From the NCBI GenBank assembly GCA_045532395.1, contig JAZSFV010000146.1, positions 1 to 38,863 on the forward strand: a stretch of 38,863 bases of DNA, given 5' to 3'. The stretch comes from Acutalibacteraceae bacterium (GTDB taxonomy: Bacteria > Bacillota > Clostridia > Oscillospirales > Acutalibacteraceae). Of the stretch, positions 9,674 to 18,198 are shown in pieces (position 1 is the stretch's first letter; the number at the start of each line of letters is the position of its first letter). Under the pieces are notes generated by a model. That model was not told where the DNA came from. It worked only from the letters and a program-made list of their open reading frames with translations, and searched no databases. Made by a program: the position numbers and the translations under genes.

Positions 9674-9940
9674 TTATATTCTGTGCATTGAGTTGAAAAC
9701 GTCTTCATGCATAGCATGGATAACAAGACCTAATTTTTCGCCCTCGGCTTTGATTTCGTCCGAGAAAGCCGCAAAGTTTGCACCCTCAGCAGTTTCAACG
9801 AGCATAATCATACAGAACATATCCTGAAGAATTGTCTGTGAAACTTCAATTACGTTCATTTTGTTTTCTGCGCAGATGCCTGAAACTTTTGAAAGGATAC
9901 CTACCATGTCTTTACCTACAACTGTTACTACCGCTCTCAT
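9674..9940 (-). CDS. ACT-domain protein UPF0237
   Basis: MRAVVTVVGKDMVGILSKVSG... is a single ACT fold. Start moved to the ATG at 9940, with AAGGTGG 9 nt upstream. Confidence 0.85.
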   Translation of the reverse strand: MRAVVTVVGKDMVGILSKVSGICAENKMNVIEVSQTILQDMFCMIMLVETAEGANFAAFSDEIKAEGEKLGLVIHAMHEDVFNSMHRI

Positions 9941-10069
9941 AACTAAAGCCACCTTAAATAATTATAATAATGATGTATTATACCATACTATATATAAAAA
10001 AGCAAATTTTCCTTTTATTATTGCTTTTTTGTAAATTGTAGAGTAAAATATGTTCATAATATATTTATT

Positions 10070-10900
10070 ATGAAGGGACGACCTTACTTGGCATTTAAAA
10101 ACATTCTTGATATGCATGTACATACTGACAATTCTTTTGACGGAAACCACTCTGCCATGTTTATGTGTGAAGCGGCAGAAAAAGCAGGTTTACGCTCTGT
10201 TACTTTCACTGACCACTGCGAAGTTGATTTCTATAAAGAAAGACATTTTGACAGGTCAGATTTCCACTCATTCTTTGAAGTTTCAAAAGCAAGGTCTGCT
10301 TTCACGGGCAAGCTTCTCGTAAATACGGGCATTGAACTGGGCCAGCCCACTTACGACAAGGAAACAGCAGAATATATTATGAAAAGATTTAATTACGACC
10401 AGGTTATCGGCTCAATCCATAACCTTCGCGATATGCCTGACTTCTGCGAACTTAAATACGACGACTACGATATTTACAAGCTTCTTGATGAATATTTTGA
10501 CGAAGAGCTTGAGCTTGCTGAATGGGGCAAATTTGATACACTTGCTCACCTTACATATCCCTTGAGATACATGGTTGGTGACCAGGGTTATGAAGTTGAT
10601 CTGAATAAATTCAGCGATAAAATCGATGCTATTTTAAAAGCAGTTATCAGAAACGGTAAAGCGCTTGAAATCAACACTTCAGGCTACCGCCAGAAAATCG
10701 GCAGAACAATGCCTGATGTTGACATAGTAAAAAGATATAAGGAATTAGGCGGAGAGCTTATCACTCTCGGCTCTGACTCACACTTTGCAGAACACGTAGG
10801 CGCAGGCATTGACAGAGGCATGCAGTTGGCTCTTGACTGCGGATTTGATTCAATAGCACTTTTCCAGCAGAGAGAACCTGTTCTCATTCCAATTGAATAA
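10070..10900 (+). CDS. PHP-domain histidinol-phosphatase (HisJ) family protein
   Basis: Metal-ligand motifs DMHVHTDNSFDG, GSIH, LAHL and GSDSH. The start is uncertain: an in-frame TTG at 10088 has a better RBS (GAAGGGA). Confidence 0.75.
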   Translation: MKGRPYLAFKNILDMHVHTDNSFDGNHSAMFMCEAAEKAGLRSVTFTDHCEVDFYKERHFDRSDFHSFFEVSKARSAFTGKLLVNTGIELGQPTYDKETAEYIMKRFNYDQVIGSIHNLRDMPDFCELKYDDYDIYKLLDEYFDEELELAEWGKFDTLAHLTYPLRYMVGDQGYEVDLNKFSDKIDAILKAVIRNGKALEINTSGYRQKIGRTMPDVDIVKRYKELGGELITLGSDSHFAEHVGAGIDRGMQLALDCGFDSIALFQQREPVLIPIE

Positions 10901-10909
10901 GGTGATTTT

Positions 10910-11776
10910 ATGAAAATCAAGGCTTATGCAAAAATTAATTTAATGCTCGATATTCTCGGCACTCTTCCCAACGGTTACCATAATCTGTGGATGATTATGC
11001 AGTCTGTTTCTTTATACGACACAGTAACTGTCAAAAAGACTGATTCAGGCGAAATTACTCTTTCATGTTCAGTTGACGGTATTCCCCTTGACGAGAAAAA
11101 TATTGCTCACAAGGCGGCGAGAGCATTTTTCGAATATACGGGAATTGAAAACTGCGGAATACACATTCACATCGAAAAGGCAATTCCCTCCGAAGCAGGT
11201 CTTGCAGGCGGAAGTGCTGACGGTGCGGCAGTTTTAAAAGCACTGAATGAAATTTTTGATACCGGTTTAAGCGACAGAGTTTTGTGCCGTATCGGCAAAA
11301 AGTTCGGCGCAGACGTGCCTTTCTGCATTATGGGCGGCACATGCCTTGCCCAGAATATCGGCGAGGTTTTATCTGCACTTCCTGATATCCCCGAATATTA
11401 TTTTGTATTGGCGAAGCCTCAGATGGGCGTGTCAACAAAAGAAGCATTCAGCCTTGTTGACACTGCTTCATATATCAAAAAACCAAAGAAAGACGAAATG
11501 CTCATTGCTGCAGCAAATGAAGATTTTGAAAAAATGCTTAAGCTTGCGGCAAACGTTTTTGAGCAGGTAATCGAAGTACCCGAAAGAGTTGAAATCAAAA
11601 AAATCATGCGTGAAAACAACGCAAAGCTTTCTCTCATGAGCGGAAGCGGTCCCACAGTTTACGGTGTTTTTGAAGACAAAAAAGATGCAGAAAACTGTGC
11701 AGAAAAGCTTAAAACAATCATCAGAGATGTCTTTGTGGCAACACCTGTAAAATCAGGCTTGGAAATAATTGAATAA
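10910..11776 (+). CDS. ispE: 4-(cytidine 5'-diphospho)-2-C-methyl-D-erythritol kinase
   Basis: AKINLMLDI N-terminus and GHMP-kinase loop PSEAGLAGGSADGAA. 288 aa. Confidence 0.9.
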   Translation: MKIKAYAKINLMLDILGTLPNGYHNLWMIMQSVSLYDTVTVKKTDSGEITLSCSVDGIPLDEKNIAHKAARAFFEYTGIENCGIHIHIEKAIPSEAGLAGGSADGAAVLKALNEIFDTGLSDRVLCRIGKKFGADVPFCIMGGTCLAQNIGEVLSALPDIPEYYFVLAKPQMGVSTKEAFSLVDTASYIKKPKKDEMLIAAANEDFEKMLKLAANVFEQVIEVPERVEIKKIMRENNAKLSLMSGSGPTVYGVFEDKKDAENCAEKLKTIIRDVFVATPVKSGLEIIE

Positions 11777-11785
11777 AAATAAAAA

Positions 11786-11824
11786 ACACTGTCCATAATC
11801 AAATTACAAGGACGGTGTTTTTTT
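11786..11824 (+). terminator. Rho-independent terminator after ispE
   Basis: Stem ACACTGTCC / GGACGGTGT (one G-U pair), 15-nt loop, then TTTTTTT running directly into the spoIIR ATG. Confidence 0.6.
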
Positions 11825-12424
11825 ATGAAAAAAATAAAGATAATCGAATGTTCAATTTTTTTAGGATTTATAATTGCAATAGTTTTAAGCATTACGAGTT
11901 TTGCAGAAACCTGCGAAGAAATACGCACAGATGTTTTGAGACTTCACGTTATTGCAAACTCTGATTCATACGAAGACCAACAACTGAAACTTAAAGTTCG
12001 TGATGCTGTTTTAGAAGCAGGCAAAAATATTTTCGACGGTTCCGTTACAAGACAAAACGCTCAGGAAAAAATTGAAAAAGAAAAGAAAATTTTAGAAGAA
12101 GCTGCAAAAAAAGTTATTAAAGAAAACGGCTTTGACTACAATGTGGAAATTACGGTAACTGAAGAATATTTTACAACAAGAACATATGAAAACGTAACAT
12201 TACCTGCGGGAAATTATATGGCCGTGCGTGTGCTCATCGGCGAAAGTGTGGGCAAAAACTGGTGGTGCGTGATGTTTCCTCCCCTTTGCCTGCCTGCCGC
12301 CAACACTGATATAGATTCATTCTTTACTGACAAACAGGTACAGCTTGTTGAACGCAACCCAAAATATGAACCGCGTTTTAAAATCGTGGAAATTTTCGAA
12401 TCAATAAAAAATCGTCTTAAATAA
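11825..12424 (+). CDS. spoIIR: Stage II sporulation protein R
   Basis: Signal-anchor N-terminus, LRLHVIANSDSYEDQQLKLKVRDAVL, and the NWWCVMFPPLC motif. Confidence 0.85.
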   Translation: MKKIKIIECSIFLGFIIAIVLSITSFAETCEEIRTDVLRLHVIANSDSYEDQQLKLKVRDAVLEAGKNIFDGSVTRQNAQEKIEKEKKILEEAAKKVIKENGFDYNVEITVTEEYFTTRTYENVTLPAGNYMAVRVLIGESVGKNWWCVMFPPLCLPAANTDIDSFFTDKQVQLVERNPKYEPRFKIVEIFESIKNRLK

Positions 12425-12469
12425 TTGATAAAATATCACCTCTGTGCTATACTGACAGAGGTGATGTTT

Positions 12470-13606
12470 ATGCAGGAGAAAAAATGTCCCGTTTACAAAA
12501 AATGTAACGGCTGTCAGCTTATGAATATGAATTACGATGAACAACTGCGTTTTAAAGAAATAAAATGCGTTCGTTCTCTCGGCAAATACGGCAGAGTGGA
12601 AAAAATTGTTCCTATGGACAACCCTTATTTCTACCGCAACAAAGTGCAGACTGTTTTCAGAAAAGACAGACACGGCAATTTGATTTCAGGAATTTATCAG
12701 TCCTCCACAGGTGGTATTGTGGGGGTGGAAAAATGCTTGCTTGAAAACGAAAAAGCGAGTGAAATTGTAGCCGATATTAAAAAGTTAATCAAGAAATACC
12801 GCATCTTTGTTTTCAACCCTGCAAACGAAACCGGTTTTCTTCATCACGTGCTTATCCGTTCAGGCTTTAAAAGCGGAGAAATTATGGTTGTGTTGGCAAC
12901 ACGTGATGTTAAATTTGAGCAGAAAAATAATTTTGTAAAAGATTTAATTTCGCTTCACCCGCAGATTACTTCAATCGTGCAGACAGTGAGCCAAAGCGAA
13001 AAATTAGTGCTCGGCAGAACACAGAAAGTTATTTTCGGCAAGCCTTACATAGAAGATATTTTGTGCGGATTAAGGTTTAAAATTTCTGCAAATTCTTTTT
13101 ATCAGATAAACCCCGTGCAGACTGAAAAGTTATACACCAAAGCAATTGAACTTGCAAACCTTAAGGGCAACGAAACCGTAATTGACGCTTACTGCGGAAT
13201 CGGCACAATAGGACTTATTGCAGGTAAAAAAGTCAAAAAAGTTATTGCGGTTGAAAACGTGAAAGATGCAGTTTTAAACGCAAAGGAAAACGCAAAAATA
13301 AACGGCATTGAAAATGTTGATTTTTACTGCGCAGATGCTTCTGATTTCTTAAAAAGTTATGCAGAGGAAAACAAAGCAGACGTGGTTTTCCTTGACCCGC
13401 CAAGAATGGGAAGCACTCCAAAATTTTTGCATTCGGTTTTAAAACTGAATCCTAAAAAAATCGTATACATTTCATGCAACCCCGAAACTCAGGGAAGAGA
13501 TTTATACACACTCACAAAAGGCGGATATAAAGTCAGAAACATCTGCCCATTTGATATGTTCCCCCAGACAAACCATGTTGAATGCATAGCACTTCTTGAA
13601 AGGTGA
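12470..13606 (+). CDS. 23S rRNA (uracil-C5)-methyltransferase, RumA/RlmD/TrmA family
   Basis: Fe-S cysteine cluster CPVYKKCNGCQ, SAM motif VIDAYCGIGTIG, DPPR, and catalytic ISCNP. Start moved to the ATG at 12470 (GAGGTGA 5 nt upstream). Confidence 0.85.
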   Translation: MQEKKCPVYKKCNGCQLMNMNYDEQLRFKEIKCVRSLGKYGRVEKIVPMDNPYFYRNKVQTVFRKDRHGNLISGIYQSSTGGIVGVEKCLLENEKASEIVADIKKLIKKYRIFVFNPANETGFLHHVLIRSGFKSGEIMVVLATRDVKFEQKNNFVKDLISLHPQITSIVQTVSQSEKLVLGRTQKVIFGKPYIEDILCGLRFKISANSFYQINPVQTEKLYTKAIELANLKGNETVIDAYCGIGTIGLIAGKKVKKVIAVENVKDAVLNAKENAKINGIENVDFYCADASDFLKSYAEENKADVVFLDPPRMGSTPKFLHSVLKLNPKKIVYISCNPETQGRDLYTLTKGGYKVRNICPFDMFPQTNHVECIALLER

Positions 13607-13612
13607 TTTATT

Positions 13613-15586
13613 ATGAAAAAAATTACTGCTTTTATACTTTCGTTTATAATGATATTTTCTGTTTTATGTATGCCCGTTAATGCATCAGACGAAGAAATAA
13701 AAGTGCCTGCTATCGCAGAGTTTTTTGAAAAAACTTTCGGCGCTTTAATAAGCATAAGTGCAAGATATTTCAATTCGGTTTTCAATATAAATTCCGACAC
13801 TGTTCCCACACCCATAGTGCGTGAAGAAAATTGGGAAAGTTTTGACGGAAATATTGATTTCACACCTGAAATAACTTTAGAAGCAGAAACATGGGTTTGC
13901 AATGAAATCGTTCTGGAAAGCGACAAAACTTATGCTGACCCCTTCAATGACGTTGACGTTGATTTAATTCTCTACGGCAACGGCAGAAAATACACAATCC
14001 CCGCTTTCTGGGATGGCAAAAACACATGGAAAATCCGTTTTGTATGCCCCGAAAAAGGCGAATGGTTTTTTGAAACAGTTTGCACTGATAAAGAAAACAC
14101 TTCTTTAAACGGAAAAACAGGTAAAGTAAACTGCGCTGAATATTCAGGCGACCTTGATATTTACAAAAACGGTTTTATTACAACACGTTACGGCAAAAAA
14201 TACCTTACTTACCGGAACGGCACACCTTTCTTCTACCTTGGCGATACTCACTGGAGTTTAGGTGACGAAACCGTTGACATGGTAAAAACAATCTGCGAAA
14301 AGAGAGTTTCACAAGGCTTTACTGTTTTCCAGAGCGAGCCTATCGGTGCTCAATTTGACTTGGCTGACGGCATAAAAGATAATGATATTGCAGGATTTAA
14401 AGTAAACGATGAAAAATTCAGGATAATCGCAGACCACGGTCTTGTACACGCAAACGCACAGTTTTTCTTCCCCTATTCTATGGAGTTGCTTATCCGCAAC
14501 TTTGGCGGAGTTGAAGCTGACGGAGAAATGACAGACGGGGTCAGAACTTACCTTGAAAAAATTTCACGTTATTGGGTTGCACGTTATTCTGCTTACCCCG
14601 TTATGTGGACATTAGGTCAGGAAGTTGACAACGATTTTTATTGGAACGACACAACTCACCCTGAATGGAATTATGCGAACAACCCATACAAGCTTGTGGC
14701 TGAATATATTTCAAAGTATGACCCTTACACTCAGCCCATTACTGCCCATCAGGAAAACAGCGGTGCAACTGCCGCTTACGGTGACGGCAAAGGCACAGGC
14801 GAGAATGAAACAGTTTATTTTGAAGATGCGATGCCATCATGCTTCAGAGATGTTGAATCACACGATTTTTATGCAGCACAGTGGACACCTTCAAAAACTT
14901 CTCAGCTTGATTTCAAACGCGAAAAAGATTTCTGGTTTAACTCTCAGGGCAAACCCGTTATAAATTACGAGGGACAATACTGCTACCTGTGGACTAAAAA
15001 CTTCGGTGCAAGAATGCAGGGCTGGACATCTTACCTTAACGGAATGTACGGCTACGGCTGGGGCGGCCACGACACATGGAGCTACCTTAACATTTATGAC
15101 GAAGAAAACGATTCATCTGACGGTGTAGATACAATCACAAGCGAAGAAAAGAAAAACGCAACATGGGAAGATGCTCTTGAATACGAAAGCTCATACCAGT
15201 CAGGCTATATGAGATATTTCCTTGAGAAAACAGAGTGGTATAATTTAATCCCCCGCTTTGATGATAAGTCATATTTTACCCCTTGCGTTAACGTTTACTA
15301 CACTTACGCAAGCAACGAAGATAACTCTGAAATCGTAATTTATTTCTATTCCTTTACAGATACCACAATTGCAGAAAAAGTAAACACAAAACTTTTTGGC
15401 GGAGTTATGACCGGCACTATCGGAAACCTTGAAAAAAATGCTGAATATACTTACCAGTGGTTTAACCCCGTAACAAACGAGTATGGCGAAGAAATGACGT
15501 TCACTTCAAGTAAATTCGGCACTTATTACATCGGAAACAAGCCGGCTTCAAGCGACATGGTGCTTCTCGTCAGAGAAATTAAATAA
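13613..15586 (+). CDS. Exported DUF5060 + DUF4038 (GH140-like) glycoside hydrolase
   Basis: Signal peptide MKKITAFILSFIMIFSVLCMPVNA. FWDGKNTWKIRFVCPEKGEWFF is a DUF5060-type Ig domain. GTPFFYLGDTHWSL is typical of the DUF4038 TIM barrel. Confidence 0.6.
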   Translation: MKKITAFILSFIMIFSVLCMPVNASDEEIKVPAIAEFFEKTFGALISISARYFNSVFNINSDTVPTPIVREENWESFDGNIDFTPEITLEAETWVCNEIVLESDKTYADPFNDVDVDLILYGNGRKYTIPAFWDGKNTWKIRFVCPEKGEWFFETVCTDKENTSLNGKTGKVNCAEYSGDLDIYKNGFITTRYGKKYLTYRNGTPFFYLGDTHWSLGDETVDMVKTICEKRVSQGFTVFQSEPIGAQFDLADGIKDNDIAGFKVNDEKFRIIADHGLVHANAQFFFPYSMELLIRNFGGVEADGEMTDGVRTYLEKISRYWVARYSAYPVMWTLGQEVDNDFYWNDTTHPEWNYANNPYKLVAEYISKYDPYTQPITAHQENSGATAAYGDGKGTGENETVYFEDAMPSCFRDVESHDFYAAQWTPSKTSQLDFKREKDFWFNSQGKPVINYEGQYCYLWTKNFGARMQGWTSYLNGMYGYGWGGHDTWSYLNIYDEENDSSDGVDTITSEEKKNATWEDALEYESSYQSGYMRYFLEKTEWYNLIPRFDDKSYFTPCVNVYYTYASNEDNSEIVIYFYSFTDTTIAEKVNTKLFGGVMTGTIGNLEKNAEYTYQWFNPVTNEYGEEMTFTSSKFGTYYIGNKPASSDMVLLVREIK

Positions 15587-15596
15587 GCCTTATCTA

Positions 15597-15625
15597 TTGA
15601 CAAAATTCCTATAAAAGCATAAAAT
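15597..15625 (+). promoter_or_regulatory. Sigma-A-type promoter for the gtrB/gtrA-like pair
   Basis: TTGACA (15597-15602), 17 nt, then TAAAAT (15620-15625). Confidence 0.55.
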
Positions 15626-15661
15626 TAAATCGTATATATTTTTATAAAGGATGTTGAAAAA

Positions 15662-16609
15662 ATGTCTGTTAAACATTCTCTTGTTGTTCCTTGTTTCAAC
15701 GAAGAAGGAAACGTTGAAATCTTTTTTGCAGCAGCAAAAGAGGCTATGGCAGGGTATACTGACAGTTTTGAACTTGTTTTTGTCAACGACGGAAGCCGCG
15801 ACAAGACCGGTGAAAAATTAAAAAAACTCTTTGAAGAAAACAAAGATGTTAAAATAAAGGTTATCAATTTCTCAAGAAATTTCGGCAAGGAAGCCGCAAT
15901 GTATGCAGGTCTTAACGCATCAGACGGCGAATACACAACAATTATTGATGCTGATATGCAGCAACGTCCCGAAGTTGCCGTACAGATGGGCAGAATCCTT
16001 GACAATAACCCTGAATACGATATGGTTGCCGCTTTCCAGGAAAAGAGACAGGACGGAAAGCTTCTCAGCAAAATCAAAACAGGTTTTTATTCTGTAATCA
16101 ACAAAGTCAGCGAAGTTCATTTCATTGAAGACGCAAGCGATTTCAGAACAATGAGAAAAACTGTTGTTCAGTCTATTCTTGAGCTTACTGAATACCACCG
16201 TTTTTCAAAAGGAATTTTCTCTTGGGTGGGCTACAACACATGCTCAATTCCTTATCAGGTTATGGAGCGTCAGAGCGGTGAAACAAAATGGTCTGTCAAA
16301 AAGCTTATAAAATATGCTTTTGACGGAATCATGGCATACACAGACCTGCCCCTCAAGCTTCCCATGTATTTCGGTCTCATCTTTGCAGTGCTTGATGTTC
16401 TTCTTCTGTGCGGACTTCTTGTTGCAGACCTTGGTTTTTACGCAGACTGTTCACTGGGATATATCGCATGCCTTGTGATTATGCTTTTCTCAATTCTCTG
16501 CATTTTCATGGGAATCATGGGCACATATATCGGAAAAATTCATACTCAGGTCAAAAACCGTCCTGTGTATATTGCGAAAGAGATTTTAACTTATGAAAAT
16601 GATAAGTAA
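15662..16609 (+). CDS. GT2 polyprenyl-phosphate glycosyltransferase (GtrB/CsbB-like)
   Basis: VVPCFNEEGNV, VFVNDGSRD and DADMQ motifs, plus two C-terminal TM helices. Confidence 0.85.
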   Translation: MSVKHSLVVPCFNEEGNVEIFFAAAKEAMAGYTDSFELVFVNDGSRDKTGEKLKKLFEENKDVKIKVINFSRNFGKEAAMYAGLNASDGEYTTIIDADMQQRPEVAVQMGRILDNNPEYDMVAAFQEKRQDGKLLSKIKTGFYSVINKVSEVHFIEDASDFRTMRKTVVQSILELTEYHRFSKGIFSWVGYNTCSIPYQVMERQSGETKWSVKKLIKYAFDGIMAYTDLPLKLPMYFGLIFAVLDVLLLCGLLVADLGFYADCSLGYIACLVIMLFSILCIFMGIMGTYIGKIHTQVKNRPVYIAKEILTYENDK

Positions 16610-17054
16610 ATTATTTAAAAAATACAAAGAATTAATCACGTATGTAATCTTCGGAGTGCTGACAACTCTTGTAAACTTTGTATCGTTTAAACTTTTTAAT
16701 GTAATTTTAGGCGAAGAGCATTACCTTATTTCAAACGTAATCGCATGGTTTATTTCAGTAATTTTTGCATACGTCACAAACAAGCTTTTCGTTTTTGAAA
16801 GCCGTTCATGGAAAATGAAAATAGTCGGCAAAGAAATCGTTTCTTTCTTTGCAGCAAGAGTTTTTTCTTTTGCAATTGAAGAATTCGGCTTGTGGGTGCT
16901 TGTGGACCTGCTTGGTTTCGATTCTTATTCAATCAACATTTTCGGCATCGGAATCGGCGGAAAAATGATTGCAAAAATAGTTCTTGCAGTGATAGTTGTT
17001 ATCCTCAACTACTTCTTCTCAAAGCTTGTGATTTTCAAGAAAAAAGAAAAATAA
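16593..17054 (+). CDS. GtrA-family membrane protein
   Basis: 153 aa with four TM segments and the YVIFGVLTTLVNF ... NKLFVF signature. Overlaps the GT2 stop by 17 nt. Confidence 0.8.
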   Translation: MKMISKLFKKYKELITYVIFGVLTTLVNFVSFKLFNVILGEEHYLISNVIAWFISVIFAYVTNKLFVFESRSWKMKIVGKEIVSFFAARVFSFAIEEFGLWVLVDLLGFDSYSINIFGIGIGGKMIAKIVLAVIVVILNYFFSKLVIFKKKEK

Positions 17055-17060
17055 AAAAAT

Positions 17061-17090
17061 TAAGGACTTCAGCGAAACTGAAGTCCTTTT
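17061..17090. terminator. Bidirectional rho-independent terminator
   Basis: AAGGACTTCAG-CGAAA-CTGAAGTCCTT flanked by an A-run and a T-run, between convergent genes. Confidence 0.85.
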
Positions 17091-17098
17091 TAATTTAT

Positions 17099-18184
17099 TT
17101 ACCATTTATTCTCAACATATTCGCAGAATGCGTACATATCTTTGATTTGGAGTTTCGTTCCGTCATCAAGCGTTACGTCGCCGTTCCACAAGCCGTGAAC
17201 CTGATGAGAATGCATGCGGGCGAGATTGAAAACATTAATATCTGAATGGTGGTCATAGAACGGTTCCATTGTAAGATTGAATCTTCCGTCTTCTGAAATA
17301 AACTTCCATGGCTGCATATATTTATCAGGTTTGGGGAAAGTTTCAACATCGATTGCTCCGAATTTGTGTGCTTTTCCATCGTAGAAAAGACATGTTTCAG
17401 TTGCATTTGATTCGTCACCGATACCCCATGTGATTTCGAAACCGAAGAGATGCTTTTTGCCCTCTTCATCTGTAAGGTAAGTTGAGCCGCTGCCCCAATA
17501 CCATACCATCTGATAAGGAGTGTTTACTCTGCCCCAGTCAAGAGATGCAAATGTATCTTCCTTGCTGAATTCGTAAACTTCATTTCCGTAAATGTAAACG
17601 CCTGAGCAGGGCATACACATCTGCTTTGTTGTCATGAAATATTTTGTAGGATAGTTATTGAAAGGAAGAACTGTTGTGATATTTTCAAGGTCGGGAGCAA
17701 TATCCATTGTGAAATTGCAGATTACATCTTTGCCGTTTGCCTTGCCCTCAAAATGAAGAATTCTTTCTGTTTCTTTCGTGTCAAACAGAAATTCTGAAGC
17801 ACCTATTTTTGCTTTAAAGGTATTCGGGACATCACCTTTGGGATTAGGCACATATTTTTTACCGCCAAGGAAGAACGAAGTGGCATCTGCAATCTGTTTT
17901 CTGCCTCTGAGGTCAATAAGTTTTGCAGAAACATATCCGCCGACGGAAATATTTGCAAAGCTTAACTGCACCATGAATTTGCCGTCAGAAATCTGGTAGA
18001 AATCCCACTCTTTTTTTCTGTTGTTGGGAGTTGACCTTGTTCTGTCGTATTCAAAAACATTTCTTCTTGCCCAACCTTTTGCAAGAAGTGTGCCGTCATG
18101 ACCTAAAAGAGTTGTTTTTTCTGTATATTCTTTCTGCTTTGATTTTTCTTCCCATTCCCAGAAGCTTTTATAAGTTCTTTCCAT
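17099..18184 (-). CDS. DUF2804-family protein (cytoplasmic, function unknown)
   Basis: 361 aa, no signal peptide. KKEWDFYQI and WYWGSGS motifs as I remember DUF2804. Start moved to the ATG at 18184 (GAGAGGAG RBS). 14 nt downstream of the beta-helix gene stop. Confidence 0.55.
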   Translation of the reverse strand: MERTYKSFWEWEEKSKQKEYTEKTTLLGHDGTLLAKGWARRNVFEYDRTRSTPNNRKKEWDFYQISDGKFMVQLSFANISVGGYVSAKLIDLRGRKQIADATSFFLGGKKYVPNPKGDVPNTFKAKIGASEFLFDTKETERILHFEGKANGKDVICNFTMDIAPDLENITTVLPFNNYPTKYFMTTKQMCMPCSGVYIYGNEVYEFSKEDTFASLDWGRVNTPYQMVWYWGSGSTYLTDEEGKKHLFGFEITWGIGDESNATETCLFYDGKAHKFGAIDVETFPKPDKYMQPWKFISEDGRFNLTMEPFYDHHSDINVFNLARMHSHQVHGLWNGDVTLDDGTKLQIKDMYAFCEYVENKW

Positions 18185-18198
18185 ACTTAAAACTCCTC

